From Eledone cirrhosa (taxonomy: Eukaryota): DNA of 64,000 bases. Below, piece after piece: positions 23,165-35,609 of this stretch. The stretch covers positions 5,456,001 to 5,520,000 of the forward strand of contig OZ024750.1 in the NCBI GenBank assembly GCA_964016885.1. Direction: 5' to 3'. The notes under the pieces were generated by a model. The model saw only the letters and a list, made by a program, of their open reading frames with translations, ran no database searches and was not told the DNA's origin. The position numbers and the translations under genes are program-made. Every line of letters begins with the position of its first letter. The stretch's first letter is position 1.

Positions 23165-23347
23165 GGCGGTGGATTGGTAGTATCAGTAGAGGTTCGGACA
23201 TGCTTTCCAGCATAGTTACGTCCCTTTACGATCTGAGTTCAAATCCCGCCGAGGTTAACTTTGCCTTTCATCCTTACGGGGTCGATAAAATAAAGTACCA
23301 GTAATGTACTGGGTAATTACTGGCCTTGTGCCAAAAGTAGAAATAAT

Positions 23348-23350
<3 letters not shown>
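23165..23350 (+). mobile_element. SINE family B, short-tail young subfamily
   Basis: GGCGGTGGATTGGTAGTATC...GAGTTCAAATCCCGCCGAGGTTAACTTTGCCTTTCATCCTTACGGGGTCGATAAAATAAAGTACC. Confidence 0.85.
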
Positions 23351-23402
<52 letters not shown>

Positions 23403-23659
23403 CATTCATGTATGGACATGTATATATCATCATCTTCGTTTAACGTCCATTTCCATGCTAGCATGAGTTAGATGGGTTGTCTCATTAGGGACAAGTTGTG
23501 TCAAATGACCATGTCTTGCTCATACAGAACTGTTTCTGGCTATATGTACATATATATATATATATTTAAATAATTTTGAAAACCATACAATGCATTAGAA
23601 GATATCTTGGCACCTTTAATTTCCTAATGCATTGTATGGTTTTCAAAATTATTTAAATT

Positions 23660-23890
23660 TATGTTTCCTATTCAACAATGCTTCAACCAAACTACAACAC
23701 AAGGATAAATTTGAGTTAACAGACTTTGGAACAGAGGATGCACTCAAGTTGCCATATTCTCCTCCCTCAGGTGACACCCTCAGGGCATTCAGCAACACTA
23801 GAAACCTTGGAGTAATTTTCGATAATAATTTAAGTTAGAACACCTATATAAACAAGAAAGTTGACATGGATATTTGAGCTGCAAAACACC
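23660..23890 (+). pseudogene. CR1-group LINE RT fragment
   Basis: DKFELTDFG...PYSPPSG...TRNLGVIFDNNLS*NTYINKKV resembles the CR1 motif RDLGV..D..LSW..HI. Confidence 0.65.
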
Positions 23891-24913
23891 TATATGTTGG
23901 TATAGGGAATGTAAGGATTCAAACTTCTTCATATCAAATAATTCAAGGGATTAGATCCCTAATTTTATTGAACTGCATTATAGTTTATATGTGTTGATAA
24001 ATTTGATAAACTAAACTCGTAACTAGAAATCAGAAAACTTTAAGACAAAAAAAATATATATAGAGAATAAAAAGTTGAGAAATATGGAATAAAACATAAA
24101 AAAAATGGCAAATGAGGAAAGAGGAAAAAATAAAAATAAAAGAGAAAAAAAGAGAAAAAAAGAAGTGAGAAATCAGCAGCAGCAATGTAGGGAAAAATAG
24201 AAGAAAAAAAACATAAGAGGTGAATGACACGAGTCTGCAAATGCTACATTATAATGTCTGCAGTCTGTAAATGTTACATATAATGCCTGCACATATTAGA
24301 TGCAGTAATATTAGAACGAAAATATTGAGAGAATGAATATATTTAGGAAGGAAGAGAAAATAGAAGTATGAAAACAAAGTAGAACTAGAAGGAAGTTAAA
24401 TAGGTGTGAGTATATAACACAGAAAGAGAGAACTATATTCATGTGTATATATAAAGTGAATAAGAATGGAGGTAAAAAGGGCAAGAAGAAGAAGAAAAAA
24501 AGAACAGAAAGATATAAATATTAACAGTACAAGGAAAATATCTGAGGAGTATTTAAATAGGATAAAAAAAAGTATTCAAAACAGATTCAAGTTCTTTTCT
24601 AATTTTGAGGAAAGAAAGTTCTAGTTTATAAAAAAGTCTCCAATTTTCTGAAGATATGCTTTTGTCAGACACTTACAAAAACCATTTCATACAAAGATGT
24701 GATTTAAGAAAGAGAACTTCAATACATTTCAAAGAATTTCCAAAAGCATTGAAGAATTTCACCGCAAAATTACATTTTTTTTTTTACTGTTTAGTCAAGG
24801 AGCAATTAGCAGTGCCGATGATCATTTTGAGGGGCTCCAAGATTGCTGGGAAGGAGGGGAAGTATCCTCAAGCCAGAGACATGGCCTGAATGCTTGTAAT
24901 AGAGTGTTTCTAC

Positions 24914-25141
24914 TTAACCCTTTAGCATTCACATTACTCTATTTATACTATTATATTTTCATGGTAAAGGCTTTACCTCGCATAATTATCTCACATAATA
25001 TCGAATCTATGAGATTTTGAAAGTATTTATTTTGAGAACAATACCTTAACATCAGTTTGAGTGACCAGTTACAGCCAGTTTCAACAGAAAGAGGTAGAGA
25101 ATTCTGGCTGGTTTTGGCCGGTTTGAACATTAAAGGGTTAA
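24914..25141. mobile_element. piggyBac-type MITE family C
   Basis: TTAA-CCCTTTAGCATT ... TAAAGGG-TTAA. Confidence 0.8.
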
Positions 25142-25734
25142 GGTACCCAAGTGTCATGTTGGAGCCATGAATTAAGTCTATCCTCTAAAAGTTAGCATCC
25201 AGCCGTAAAACACTGCCTCAAAACATTGCGTCCAACCCATACCAGCATAGAAACGTGGACACAATGAAGAGGATGATGATGATGATGATGATGGTATACA
25301 CACATTATATCATTATAACATCTTTTGTAACACTCTGGCATCTTGCCACTTCTTTCAATCACTATTTTTGGCATATTGCATAAGACCACTCCTCTTTATA
25401 TCCAGATAGTGTATCAAGAAGAAATTAGTTTTACTGAGCCCAACCTTGTTAAACCAACAGGAGGAATTAAATACACTACTATAAATTTACAAAACAATTA
25501 CCCATTTCACAGTGCGGTTGGGACATGTAACACGTGGGATATACATTCACAAAACGGAACTCGTTTGATAGTTAAGTGTATTAACACTTATGGAATGGGC
25601 CTTCATTGGTTCTGATGATGAGTGTTCCAGTTGTCCAGTTAATGGAACATCTTGCTCATGAAATTTATGTACAAAGAGATGAGTATTCCACAGATACATG
25701 ACCCTTAACGGAATTCTCAGGGAGAGTGATACCT

Positions 25735-26022
25735 CCAGCCCACACTGTGTAAAGTGGTTGTGATGGCATTACAGCAAAAAGCACCCAACCCACACTGTAA
25801 AGTGGTCGTGTAGGTGTCATAAAAAAAGGACCCTGTACTCACTGTAAATGAGGTTGGCATTAGGAAGGGCATCCAGCTGTAGAAACCAAGCCAAAATCAG
25901 TTCCCATATGAGCAAGACATGGTCACTTGACCTGGCATTGCTCACAACAGGATGACTAAACTAACCCATGCTAGTGTGGAAAAATGGATGTTAAACAGTG
26001 ATGATGATGATGATGATGATGA
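25735..26022 (+). mobile_element. 3' part of SINE family A (older tail), inserted into a family D-like SINE (25605-25730 and 26025-26240)
   Basis: Three ~40-bp units, then GGCATTAGGAAGGGCATCCAGCTG, an RTE-type tail and (GAT)n. The flanks continue the family D sequence. Confidence 0.65.
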
Positions 26023-26679
26023 TTGAGAATGACACAATATGAGACAAGGCTGGTCCTTTGAATTTCAGGTATAATCCATTTGATGAGCTTTTAAACAATT
26101 TCTGTTTACCCAATTTCACTCCCAAGGCATGGATCAACCTGAAGTTATGGTAAATCACACTTGCCCATGATACCACACCAGAGGATTGAACTTGGAATCT
26201 AATGATTGCAAAGTGAACTTCTTAACCATTTAGCCACATATACAACATTACATGTGTGACATTACACAAACTGCTGACATCTTCGCTGCTTTTTTAGTAC
26301 CATATTGATTTACCCATTTGTGTTTTCATTCTGAGATATTCAGTCTGGTAAAAATTGCTTTTATTGATCAAAGTATGATGAAAGAGGAGATTTTTAACTT
26401 TAAAACAATTGACTCCAGACTTGTTACTAGTAATAAACATTCTTACCCCTTCACCAACTCTGTATGTTTTATCTTGTTTTCATTGCCCCATCTTATCTAT
26501 GTGGCCTACACCATGGGAATATTCTCATTTACAGTTGATATCTAAATCCCTAGTGTTTTTTTAACTACACTTAGCTCAGTACATTGTTCTGATTTCTGAT
26601 TTCAGTCACAGAAAAATGTAAAGATTATGGGAATTATTCTATTTCCTCAGTAATTTGTGGGGAGAGGAAAAAGTTAATT

Positions 26680-27075
26680 ATCCCCTTCACCTCTCCAGTA
26701 CTTAACTGGTAATTCATTTTATCGACTCTAAAAGGATGGAAGGTAAAGTTGACCATGGCAGGATTTGAACGCAGAGCATAGAGTACTGGAATGAATACTG
26801 TAAAGCATTCTATATAATACCTTAATGACTCTGCCAACCTACTGAACTAAATTAATAATAATTGTTTCTACTTTTGGCACAAGGCCAGCAATTTTAAGGG
26901 AAAGGGAATGTTGATTAAATTGACCTCAGTGCATTACTGGCACTTTAGTCATTGACCCCGTAAGGATGAAAGACAAAGCTAACCTCAGCAGGATTTGAAC
27001 TCAGAACGTAAAGGGCTGTAACTCTTTACCATGAAGCATTGTGTCTGATGCTCTACCGACAATGCCAATCCACCT
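26680..27075 (-). mobile_element. Two tandem SINE family B copies
   Basis: The Nin-like motif and the B-box complement GATTTGAAC are present in both. Confidence 0.75.
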
Positions 27076-27374
27076 AATAATAAAATTGTGGTGTTATTAC
27101 AATGAATGCTCTCTGTTAATCTTAATTTGATACCTGTTAGGTATTTAGTTGTCAATACTCTGAAATGATTTAGTTAGCAGTAAAACTAATTCTGTAAAAT
27201 CTTTGAGCTAATTAATGGCCAATTATTGTGGAAAGGAGAAGAAATGAGACTTTATTGTAACCAATATGCAAGATAAACAAATGCTAAATATGTCAGAAAA
27301 CAACAAGAAATAAGTATTATGTATAAAAACAAGAAAATAAATCTTTGAATTAATCTTGAAGTTGTTGCTGGACA

Positions 27375-27686
27375 TCCATTGTTTCTCATGAGTGATTCAG
27401 TTGATTCAATCAATGGAACTGCTTGCTCATGAAATTAACGTGTAAGTGGCTGAGCATCCCACCCAGACATGTGCACCCTTAACATAGTCCTCAGTGAGAT
27501 TCAGTAGAACACAATATGTGACAAGGCTGGCCCCTTCAATTACAGGTACAATTACAATATATTTTTGCCATGTGTGGGCTGGAGCAACATGATATAAAGC
27601 ATCTTGCTCAAGGACACAACATGCTGCCAAACTCACAACTTTTGATCACGAGCTGAACACCCTAACCACTAAGCCATGTGACTTCA
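27375..27686 (-). mobile_element. SINE family D
   Basis: Colinear with 9850-10178. Confidence 0.7.
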
Positions 27687-28689
27687 CAAATCTTGAAGGA
27701 AGAGGAGGAGGAGATGGACAAAAGTCTTTTTCTAATGAAAAGTATGAATAGAAATTAAAAGCATTAACTGCAGGAATAGGGACACATTATAGTTGAAAGG
27801 TGTAGTAATATAATACAGGGGTGGAGGTAAGAGTCTTATACACAAGTGGTGGAGGTAAGTCTTATTATACACAAGTAAATGAAGAGGAAATACTACATAT
27901 ATATATATAGAGAGAGAGAGAGTGAGTGAGAGAGAGAGTGAAGAATACTTAGTATGTGTTGTAGAATGTGCTATGAAAAGATGATGAAAGGTATTGTATT
28001 CACAACAAATAAACAGTTTGTAGAGATGTCAAGCACACACAATGATGTATTCAATATTTTTACATGGTGAAGATGAGGAAGAAGATTTAGAAATATTATT
28101 GTGATTCGTTCCAGCAAGCAGAGTATCAGTGAAAGAAAGTCTTCAGTAAATGATCCAAATGATTAAAAAAAAAACAAAACAAATCACTTTATTAGTTTCA
28201 AAGCAGGCAGAGGATGTGTGCATGTATGTATATGTGTGTGTATGTGCATGGATATATACATGTGTGTGTGTGCATATGTGGATGCATGCATACTTAAAGA
28301 TAGCACATTGTGACAGGGAGACACATGGCTGCTATTTCCAGGAAGTTGAGTGACCACATAAAGGCTCCTTCACTGTGTTGTCATATTATGAGAGCCTTTT
28401 TTTAATTGTAAAAACAACTAAAAAGTAAATAAACAATAATATATAATAATATATTTTTCTAATATTATCAAAAATTTTTCATTTACAACATCTGAGACAT
28501 TTTAAATGGTTCATAAATTTGGATATTTACATAAATTGTTGTAGCATATATTTACAAACCAATGACTGCCTGAGTATTATTCTTTTGAGTTCAAGATGCA
28601 ATGTTTGTGGTAAGATTATATATGATAACTTAGTAAGTCAGTAATTTTATATCTTAACAATTAATCATTGTAACATTTAATATGTCATT

Positions 28690-29230
28690 TAATAAATGCA
28701 CAAATATTTAATTGAAATATCTTAACACAACATCCGTTTTACAGTGCACCTGAGCACTGTACACAATAATTTTCATTATTATTATAAAATATTCCATTAT
28801 AATTTTATATAAGAACGTCTGTTAAGTTATGTTCCAAACACTAAAGAATAACAAGAAAGTTAGTTGTATCGTTAAATCATTTCAAATTCTTGATTATTTT
28901 CAAAATTATTTGAAAATAATTGCCAGTGTCTTTCATTAGAAATATGGTAATAAAAGAGTTAAAGTGTTTATATTTACTTTAAAACATTCCATCTTAATGT
29001 TATATAAGAAAATCATAGGCAGTGTCTTTCATTAGAAATATGGTAAGGAAAGGGTTAAAGTGTTTATATTTACCTAAAAACCTTTGATCTTAATGTTATA
29101 TAAGAAAATCATAGGCGGTGTCTTTCATAAGAAATATGGTGTGGAAAGGGTTAAAGCTTCCATCTTAATTTTATATAAGAAAATTATACGCGGTATCTTT
29201 CATTAGAAATATGGTAATGAAACATTTAAA
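28690..29230. mobile_element. MITE family D with tandemly amplified terminal segment; contains a CR1-like 3' tip at 28741-28785
   Basis: CAGTGTCTTTCATTAGAAATATGGT...AAAGGGTTAA-type units start at 28924, 29020, 29116 and 29191. Confidence 0.6.
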
Positions 29231-29649
29231 GAAGCAGAGGAATAATTTCTATGCTTTAATTTAGTGAAAGACATTTATCAGTCTGTGAAACAGTATAAAT
29301 GTTTTCTCTTTATTACTGTTACAAATCTGATAAATTGTGTTTCCCTTTCTTTCTGTTTATAGATTATAAGTGAGAATAGAAGTAGCCTATAAAACCTTCA
29401 GTTTTAGAGTTGAAGTAGAAGATTATTCAAACCTGTTAACCTCCTCACTTTTAATAGTGAGATAAAGAGCATAAAACTCCCATCAAATTCTGTTGTCATT
29501 GCTAACAATATAACAAGCAAGAATATTATGAAGTCTTTATTACTTCTTATACTAAATCTGAATTAAATTGCTTTTTGCTGCCATAGTTTAGCCATAAGTG
29601 AACCCTGGCTGATCATACCTATGATCAAAAGCATTCCAGCTATGACCAT

Positions 29650-29990
29650 TGATTCACTTTCACCACTTCTGTCCAGGTTTTCCTTAGTCTTCTTCTACTG
29701 TAGTTTCCTTTCATTGGGAACACTTGGTACTTATTCACCCAGTGTTTCTCATCCATACACATCACATACCTATATGAGTACAGTCTTCTCTCTTGCAGTC
29801 TACATCTGATTCTTCTTTTATCCAGTTTTTTTTTCTCAGTTAATCCACACTAACAAAACATACACATCCAATAAAACATGCCTGCTTCAGGCTGCATATA
29901 TCCTCTGCATCCAAGGTCTTGCAGCAATTCTCACACAGATGTCATACAATCTACCAGTTACTTGAAGAGAAAAATCCCTTAAGAGTCTTC
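29650..29990 (-). pseudogene. Degraded RTE LINE 3' fragment
   Basis: Minus-strand similarity to 17040-17420. Confidence 0.55.
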
Positions 29991-30857
29991 TTTGTAATAT
30001 GTTACTGAATATAGCAATAGCTTTCCAAGTGAGACAGCTTCAAGAGCATTGTATTCATTTACACATTTACTCCATTAATATACACTGAAGTTTATTTCAT
30101 ATGAATACACAATAATGAATAAAAGCTAATTTGTTAAGATCTTGTTATTGACTAAGTGTTCCATTAACTTAAAACCAACAGAGTATATATATATATATAT
30201 ATATATAAAGAGAGAGATAGAGATGAGTGCATGTACATGTGTAAGGATAACTATTTCTAAGTTCATATTTCTTCCCCTCTGGCTGTAACATATTTGTATT
30301 TCCAATGCTGTAGAAATACTATGAGAAGAACTACATTTAAGAATAGACATACCACTTCAATGGTTATATCACCAACAGCTTACTACTGCTGAAATACCCT
30401 CCAGCACTGGATATTGTCATCACTTTATTATAACTGTTCATGCTTTAATTTATTTAAGAAGAAATATATCTGTATAGTTTGGAAGTGATACAACTTAAAT
30501 GGCTTCACAAAGCATAGTTTATGAACAGTTAATCAGTAAACATAAGTGGTTCAGATACACGAGTTGTCAAAATAATTATTATGTCTTTATAACACCCGGG
30601 TAGCTTTTCTAAATCTTTGCTCAATGAAGCACAGTGACCATGTTGGATTACTGTGTTGCTGATGAACACATAACCAACCCATTGCTCTAGTTTGTCAGAA
30701 TAAATATAAATAAAGGCTCCCATCCCACTAGATAATGGAGAGATTAACAGCACATTTTATATCAAATAACAAGCATGGAAAATGAATAAAAAGCTAATGT
30801 CAAAAACAAAAATAAGTTAAAATAGAAATCAGCTGATATGCCTATAAATTTAAGAAA

Positions 30858-31113
30858 TTAACCTTTTTGGTATCAAGCTGTCTAAACCTGCCTTTTGTTC
30901 TATAATAGAAAACTGCTTATTTTAAAGTGTTTATATTTATCTAGAAAAAACCTACAATAATAATTTTCCGTAAGAATCTTTCTTATTTTCCACACACCAG
31001 CTTAATAATGAACAAATTAATAGTTTCCTTAAATCCCTCCAAATTCTTGATTATTTTCAAAATCATAGGCTGTGTTTTTCAAAAAAAAAAAAAAATGGTA
31101 ATGAAAGGGTCAA
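30858..31113. mobile_element. MITE family D (TTAA-flanked, piggyBac-type ends)
   Basis: TTAA-CCTTTTTGGTATCAA ... ATGGTAATGAAAGGG-TCAA; relative at 45799-46030. Confidence 0.6.
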
Positions 31114-31299
31114 ACAAACTACAGGAATTTCATTTACAAGCTAGAGAAAAAACTTAAGTATTTTCCCTGAAATTTTAGAAAAAAGCTTTAAGTATCTTAT
31201 TTAAAGAGATTATATTCCATGATAAAATACTGAGTAACTTTATAACCTAATAAATACTTAATATCTATCCCTATTGATTACATGGTATATATATCTAAA

Positions 31300-31781
31300 G
31301 TCTGTCTTAAGCCAGAAGGCTCATTTGGCTGCTGCTTATCCTGGTTTCATGCCGTAAAGTGACTGAGAGTACAAGAGTCCCCCTGGACAAGACACCAATC
31401 CATCGCAGGGTTAACTCTTTAGCATTTAAATCAGCCATAACCAGCCAGAATTCTCTCACCTCTTTTTGTTCAAACTGGCCATAACCAGCCACCCACCCAT
31501 ACTTACGTTAAGGTATTGTTCTCAAAATATATAATATCAAAATCTCGTAGATTCGATACTATGCGAGATAATTGTAAATGCTAAAGTGTTTACCATGAAA
31601 ATATAATATTAAATATAGAGTAATGTAAATGCTAAAGGGTTAAACCCCAGCTATTACTGGTACTCATTTTCAGCTGAGTATACTGGAGCAATGTGAAGAA
31701 CACAACACGCAACCCAGGAATAGAACCCACAACATTATGATCGTAAATCCAACACCTTTACCACTAGGCCAGGTGCCTCCA
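31300..31781 (-). mobile_element. SINE family F (tRNA head, CORE-like domain, V-like segment) interrupted by a family C MITE
   Basis: Colinear with 36181-36480 once 31415-31643 is removed. Confidence 0.8.
31411..31643. mobile_element. piggyBac-type MITE family C with a demonstrable TTAA target-site duplication
   Basis: TTAA at 31411-14 and 31640-43. The uninterrupted SINE at 36340 has a single TTAA at the homologous position. Confidence 0.9.
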
Positions 31782-32499
31782 CTGTATATATTTACAGGTA
31801 TATTTGTGTCAGGGATACATTGCAGTGAAGGTAATATGATATAAACCAACACCTTGCCCCAGTAGATTAGCACTCATTGACTTGATAAACTGCAACACCT
31901 TTTAATAAATGTTATGCTATTATTTTTTTTCACTTCAGTTGTTGCAGAGGGATTGTAATAGAAGAACTTTAAGTCACTAAATAATGTAAATCATTATCAT
32001 TATAATAAATTTATGTCTGATATCCATGCTGACATGGGTTGGATGGGTTGTCAGTTATTACTCTCTTAGGTTGAAGACCATGTCTTGATCGTATGTTCAA
32101 TTCTGGTATGGTTTCTATGGGTGAATATCCTCCCTAATGCCAACCCTGGTAAAACAAGCCTCGACACACTTTTACATTGAAATTTAGAAATTTAAATCCT
32201 TTATTTAACATTAGTTTTCATGCAATAGAATAGTTACATATTTTGTGTACATCTATAAGACTTCTTTCTATTACATTTTTTTTTTAATGAATTCTATTGC
32301 TTTCTATTTTACACATCCTTTGGTATGTTTTTCTAAATTATGTCTTCACGGTTAAACTCTCATGGATATTCAGTTGTAGGAAGTGAAGGGCAGGAGAAAT
32401 TTATGATTTGAAGAAAAAAAAAATATGTCAAACAGTTAGTATAAGTTCTATTAAGAAGAACGATGTTTTTAAATGTGAAATCTGCTAAGTGAAGTTACA

Positions 32500-33010
32500 T
32501 TTAAGTTTTTCTCTGCAGAGTCTGAAAGTCAAACATTAAACAAGTTGTTGCACAGCTAAAAATTGATTTTGATCATTCCAACCATTTGGTATGATGCTTT
32601 TTAAAAATATTTATGGCTGTTGTTGTTGTAGAAAATGAAATAGATAACCAAGGCAGTTGGATATCGGAACAATTTGTCATAGAAACCACCCATATCAAGC
32701 TTAGATATCCATTAGAAATTAAATTCTAAAATGATTCGGAATAATGTTTGAAAAAAGAATCTAGTGAGTATATCAAAGCTTTTAGTTTCTTTCTGTGTCT
32801 GCCAGCAATAGTTGTATACTTAGAGAAACTGATTGACAGCCACATACAGAGAGATAGTGTTTATTTTTCTCAAATGAATGTTTATAAGTACTGAGTAGTG
32901 TAACACATCTGTTAAAATATATGAAACATATGGAATAACATAAATTAATAGCTCAGAGTTGAGATATGCAACATGATAAGTAACAATTTCAGACACAAGA
33001 GAAATATGTC
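32500..33010 (+). pseudogene. Possible very old hAT transposase C-terminal remnant
   Basis: The fragments FFLCLPA, HTER, FSQMN and QEKY occur in the order expected for the hAT dimerisation region (P.SNA..ER.FS.MN). Frames are broken. Confidence 0.25.
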
Positions 33011-33090
33011 CATTGACAAAACTTCAGTTACACATGTATTGAGTCCTATCACATTATTACTGCAAAAAAACTGGTTCTTATAATGCCTAT

Positions 33091-33135
<45 letters not shown>

Positions 33136-33137
<2 letters not shown>

Positions 33138-33288
33138 AGGGAGTGTAACTTGAAGTTACTGTAGGTTCACCCAGGTGAGCACTCGATGTTTAGGTTCACT
33201 TATCGAACCTTGAGCTGGTCAGTGGCGAAACGCGCATCACCAACCAATAAACGTAATGAAGGAGTAACCAATCGTCTTGTTATCTTAT
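33136..33288 (+). mobile_element. Penelope-like pseudo-LTR remnant with a hammerhead 3' half
   Basis: GCGAAACGCGCATCACC then AATAAACGTAATGAAG; direct-repeat relative at 33785-33915. Confidence 0.5.
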
Positions 33289-33683
33289 ATCATCATCATC
33301 ATCATCATCATCATTTTACGTCCGCTTTTCCCTGCTTGCAAGGGTGGGACGGGAACTGATTCTGGCTTGATTTCTACAGCTGGATGCCCTTCCTAACACC
33401 AACCTCATTTACAGTGAGTGCTGGGTGCTTTTTTGCCGTGGCACCTCCACGACCACTTTGCAGTGGAATGATAGGGACTGAGGTCCTCCAGTTTACTCAG
33501 CTGTAGAAATGAGATGATAGGGACTGAGGTCCCTATCATCTCATTTCTACAGCTGAGTAAACTGGAGCAATGTGAAATAAAGTGTCTTGCTCAAGGAAAC
33601 AACACATCACCCGGTCTGAGAATTGAACTCACAACCTTTCGATTGCAAGCCCAATGCTCTAACCACTAAGCCATGTGCCTCCA
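33289..33683 (-). mobile_element. Full-length SINE family A containing a perfect 39-bp inverted duplication
   Basis: The tail is identical to the LINE at 17505-17545. Hairpin arms are 33486-33524 and 33529-33567. Confidence 0.9.
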
Positions 33684-33749
33684 TATATATATATATATAA
33701 AAGGTATATATTGAGTTAGAAACTCAAAATAGTCTCTTATATTATATAT

Positions 33750-33780
<31 letters not shown>

Positions 33781-33784
33781 CATT

Positions 33785-33915
33785 ACAACAGCAGAGGTCC
33801 GACGAGCTGTTGATTCCAGAGTCAGGCCAGATTGAACCTTGGACTAATCAATAGCAAAATGCGCGCCACCAATCAATAAACGTAATGAAGACATAACAAA
33901 TCGTCCTTGTATTAT
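33785..33915 (+). mobile_element. Penelope-like pseudo-LTR remnant with a degenerate hammerhead
   Basis: GGT-CCGACGA-GCTGTTGATT...AATCAATAGC-AAAAT-GCGC-GCC-ACC, followed by AATAAA. Confidence 0.5.
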
Positions 33916-34884
33916 TATATATATAAGTATATATATACACATATATACATACACACACACACATATATATATAACACTTAATAACTGTTATAGAGAGAAT
34001 ATTCCATAGAAACGTGATTCATCCAGGAGATACAGAGAGAGAGATATCATTACCAAAGCAACCTTATATGAGATATCATTACCAAATCACTGTCTTAATA
34101 CTAACTATTTCTGTACTCTGTATTTTAAGATGCAGGTTCTCAATTGAAAGTTTATTATCTCATTGAGTGGGTCATGGCCAGAAATCACTGAAATAAATTT
34201 GGTGATTTTCATATACCATGTATAGAATATCCTTCAAATTTCAACCTAAAAAAAAGAGACATATCTTATAAAAAGGAAGTAATTTGAAGATATGATTATA
34301 GTAATAACATTTTCTGTGTATCTGGTTTATAATATTGGGGAAAGTAGCCTTAAAACACACGTTATTGCTGATAGTATTACAAAAATTAGCAAATAAAATA
34401 AAATAAAATAATATATGATATTCAACTGAGAGTATGAAATTTACTGAACTTTTTTTTTTTTGCTGTGTCATCATCATTATCATTATTTTCACATCAACTT
34501 CTCCAGGGCTGGACGGATTCCTTGAGGCAATGTTTTACAACTAGATATCCTTCCTGACATCAGCTCTTACAGGGATAGGTGTACCTATTCTAAACCATAC
34601 ACACATATCTGTGTAATTTTGAAAATTCTGAATATTTTCTATTGTCATAGTAAATATCTATTAAAGAGTGACAAGGTAGATCAGAGGTGAATCTATCAAA
34701 ATACTTTAGATATATAACTCCTGCAAAATACAAGTTTCTTCCTCGTTTCATTTTCAAGCTTCTTGAATCACTTTTACTTTCAAATTGTTTTAATTTTTAT
34801 GGTTATTTCGAAGTAATTCTTTTAAAATAAAAAGCTGTTGTTAAAGCTGTGAATTATCTTCTCCCACCAGTTAAGAGATATAAA

Positions 34885-35118
34885 AATAAAAATAAAATAA
34901 TGAAATTATTGTGTACAGTGCTCAGGTGCACTACATCTTGTCAAAGGTGCATGTATAATACATAGAATAATGTACAAATGTCAGGAAAGTGAACAATGTA
35001 TGAGTCATGATATACATGTGTGCGTGTGTATGGAGAGGGGATTTCAGGTGTAGTGTTGGCGAATTTCAGGAAGCATGGAGGTTTATGATGATGAACGACA
35101 GGTTGATGTTTGTTCCAA
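34885..35118 (-). mobile_element. 3' end of a CR1-group LINE
   Basis: The minus strand encodes WNK...TSMLPEIRQHYT*, then a 3' UTR ending GTGCACCTGAGCACTGTACACAATAATTTCATTATT. The same tip occurs at 28743. Confidence 0.6.
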
Positions 35119-35262
35119 AGTAGCTTTCATTGAGTAGATCTAAGCAAAGATATTCCAGAAACGACCATCCATCAGCATCATCATCATTTAACGTCCATTT
35201 TCCATGCTAGCATGAGTTGTGTTATGAGACAAGGTGTCTTGCTCATCCACATTTTAAAAAAT

Positions 35263-35449
35263 ATAATTGTTTCTACTTTTGGCACAAGGCCAGCAATTAT
35301 CCCAGTGCATTACTGGTACTTTATTTTATTGCCCCTGTAAGGATAAAAGGCAAAGTTAACCTCGGCAGGATTTGAACTCAGACCGAAAAGGGACGTAACT
35401 CTATGCTGCAAAGCATGGTGTCCAACTCTCTACCAATACTGTCAATCCA
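35263..35449 (-). mobile_element. SINE family B, short-tail subfamily
   Basis: Near-identical to 2283-2470. Confidence 0.85.
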
Positions 35450-35572
35450 GGGTGTAATTTGAGGGAAATTTCACTGCTATTTCTAGTCAGTTAAGTTACT
35501 TTGTAGGGGCTATTTTGTTCAATAGGCTGATGTTATATATGTGTGTATAATGATATGCAATAAGAAATCATA

Positions 35573-35609
<37 letters not shown>

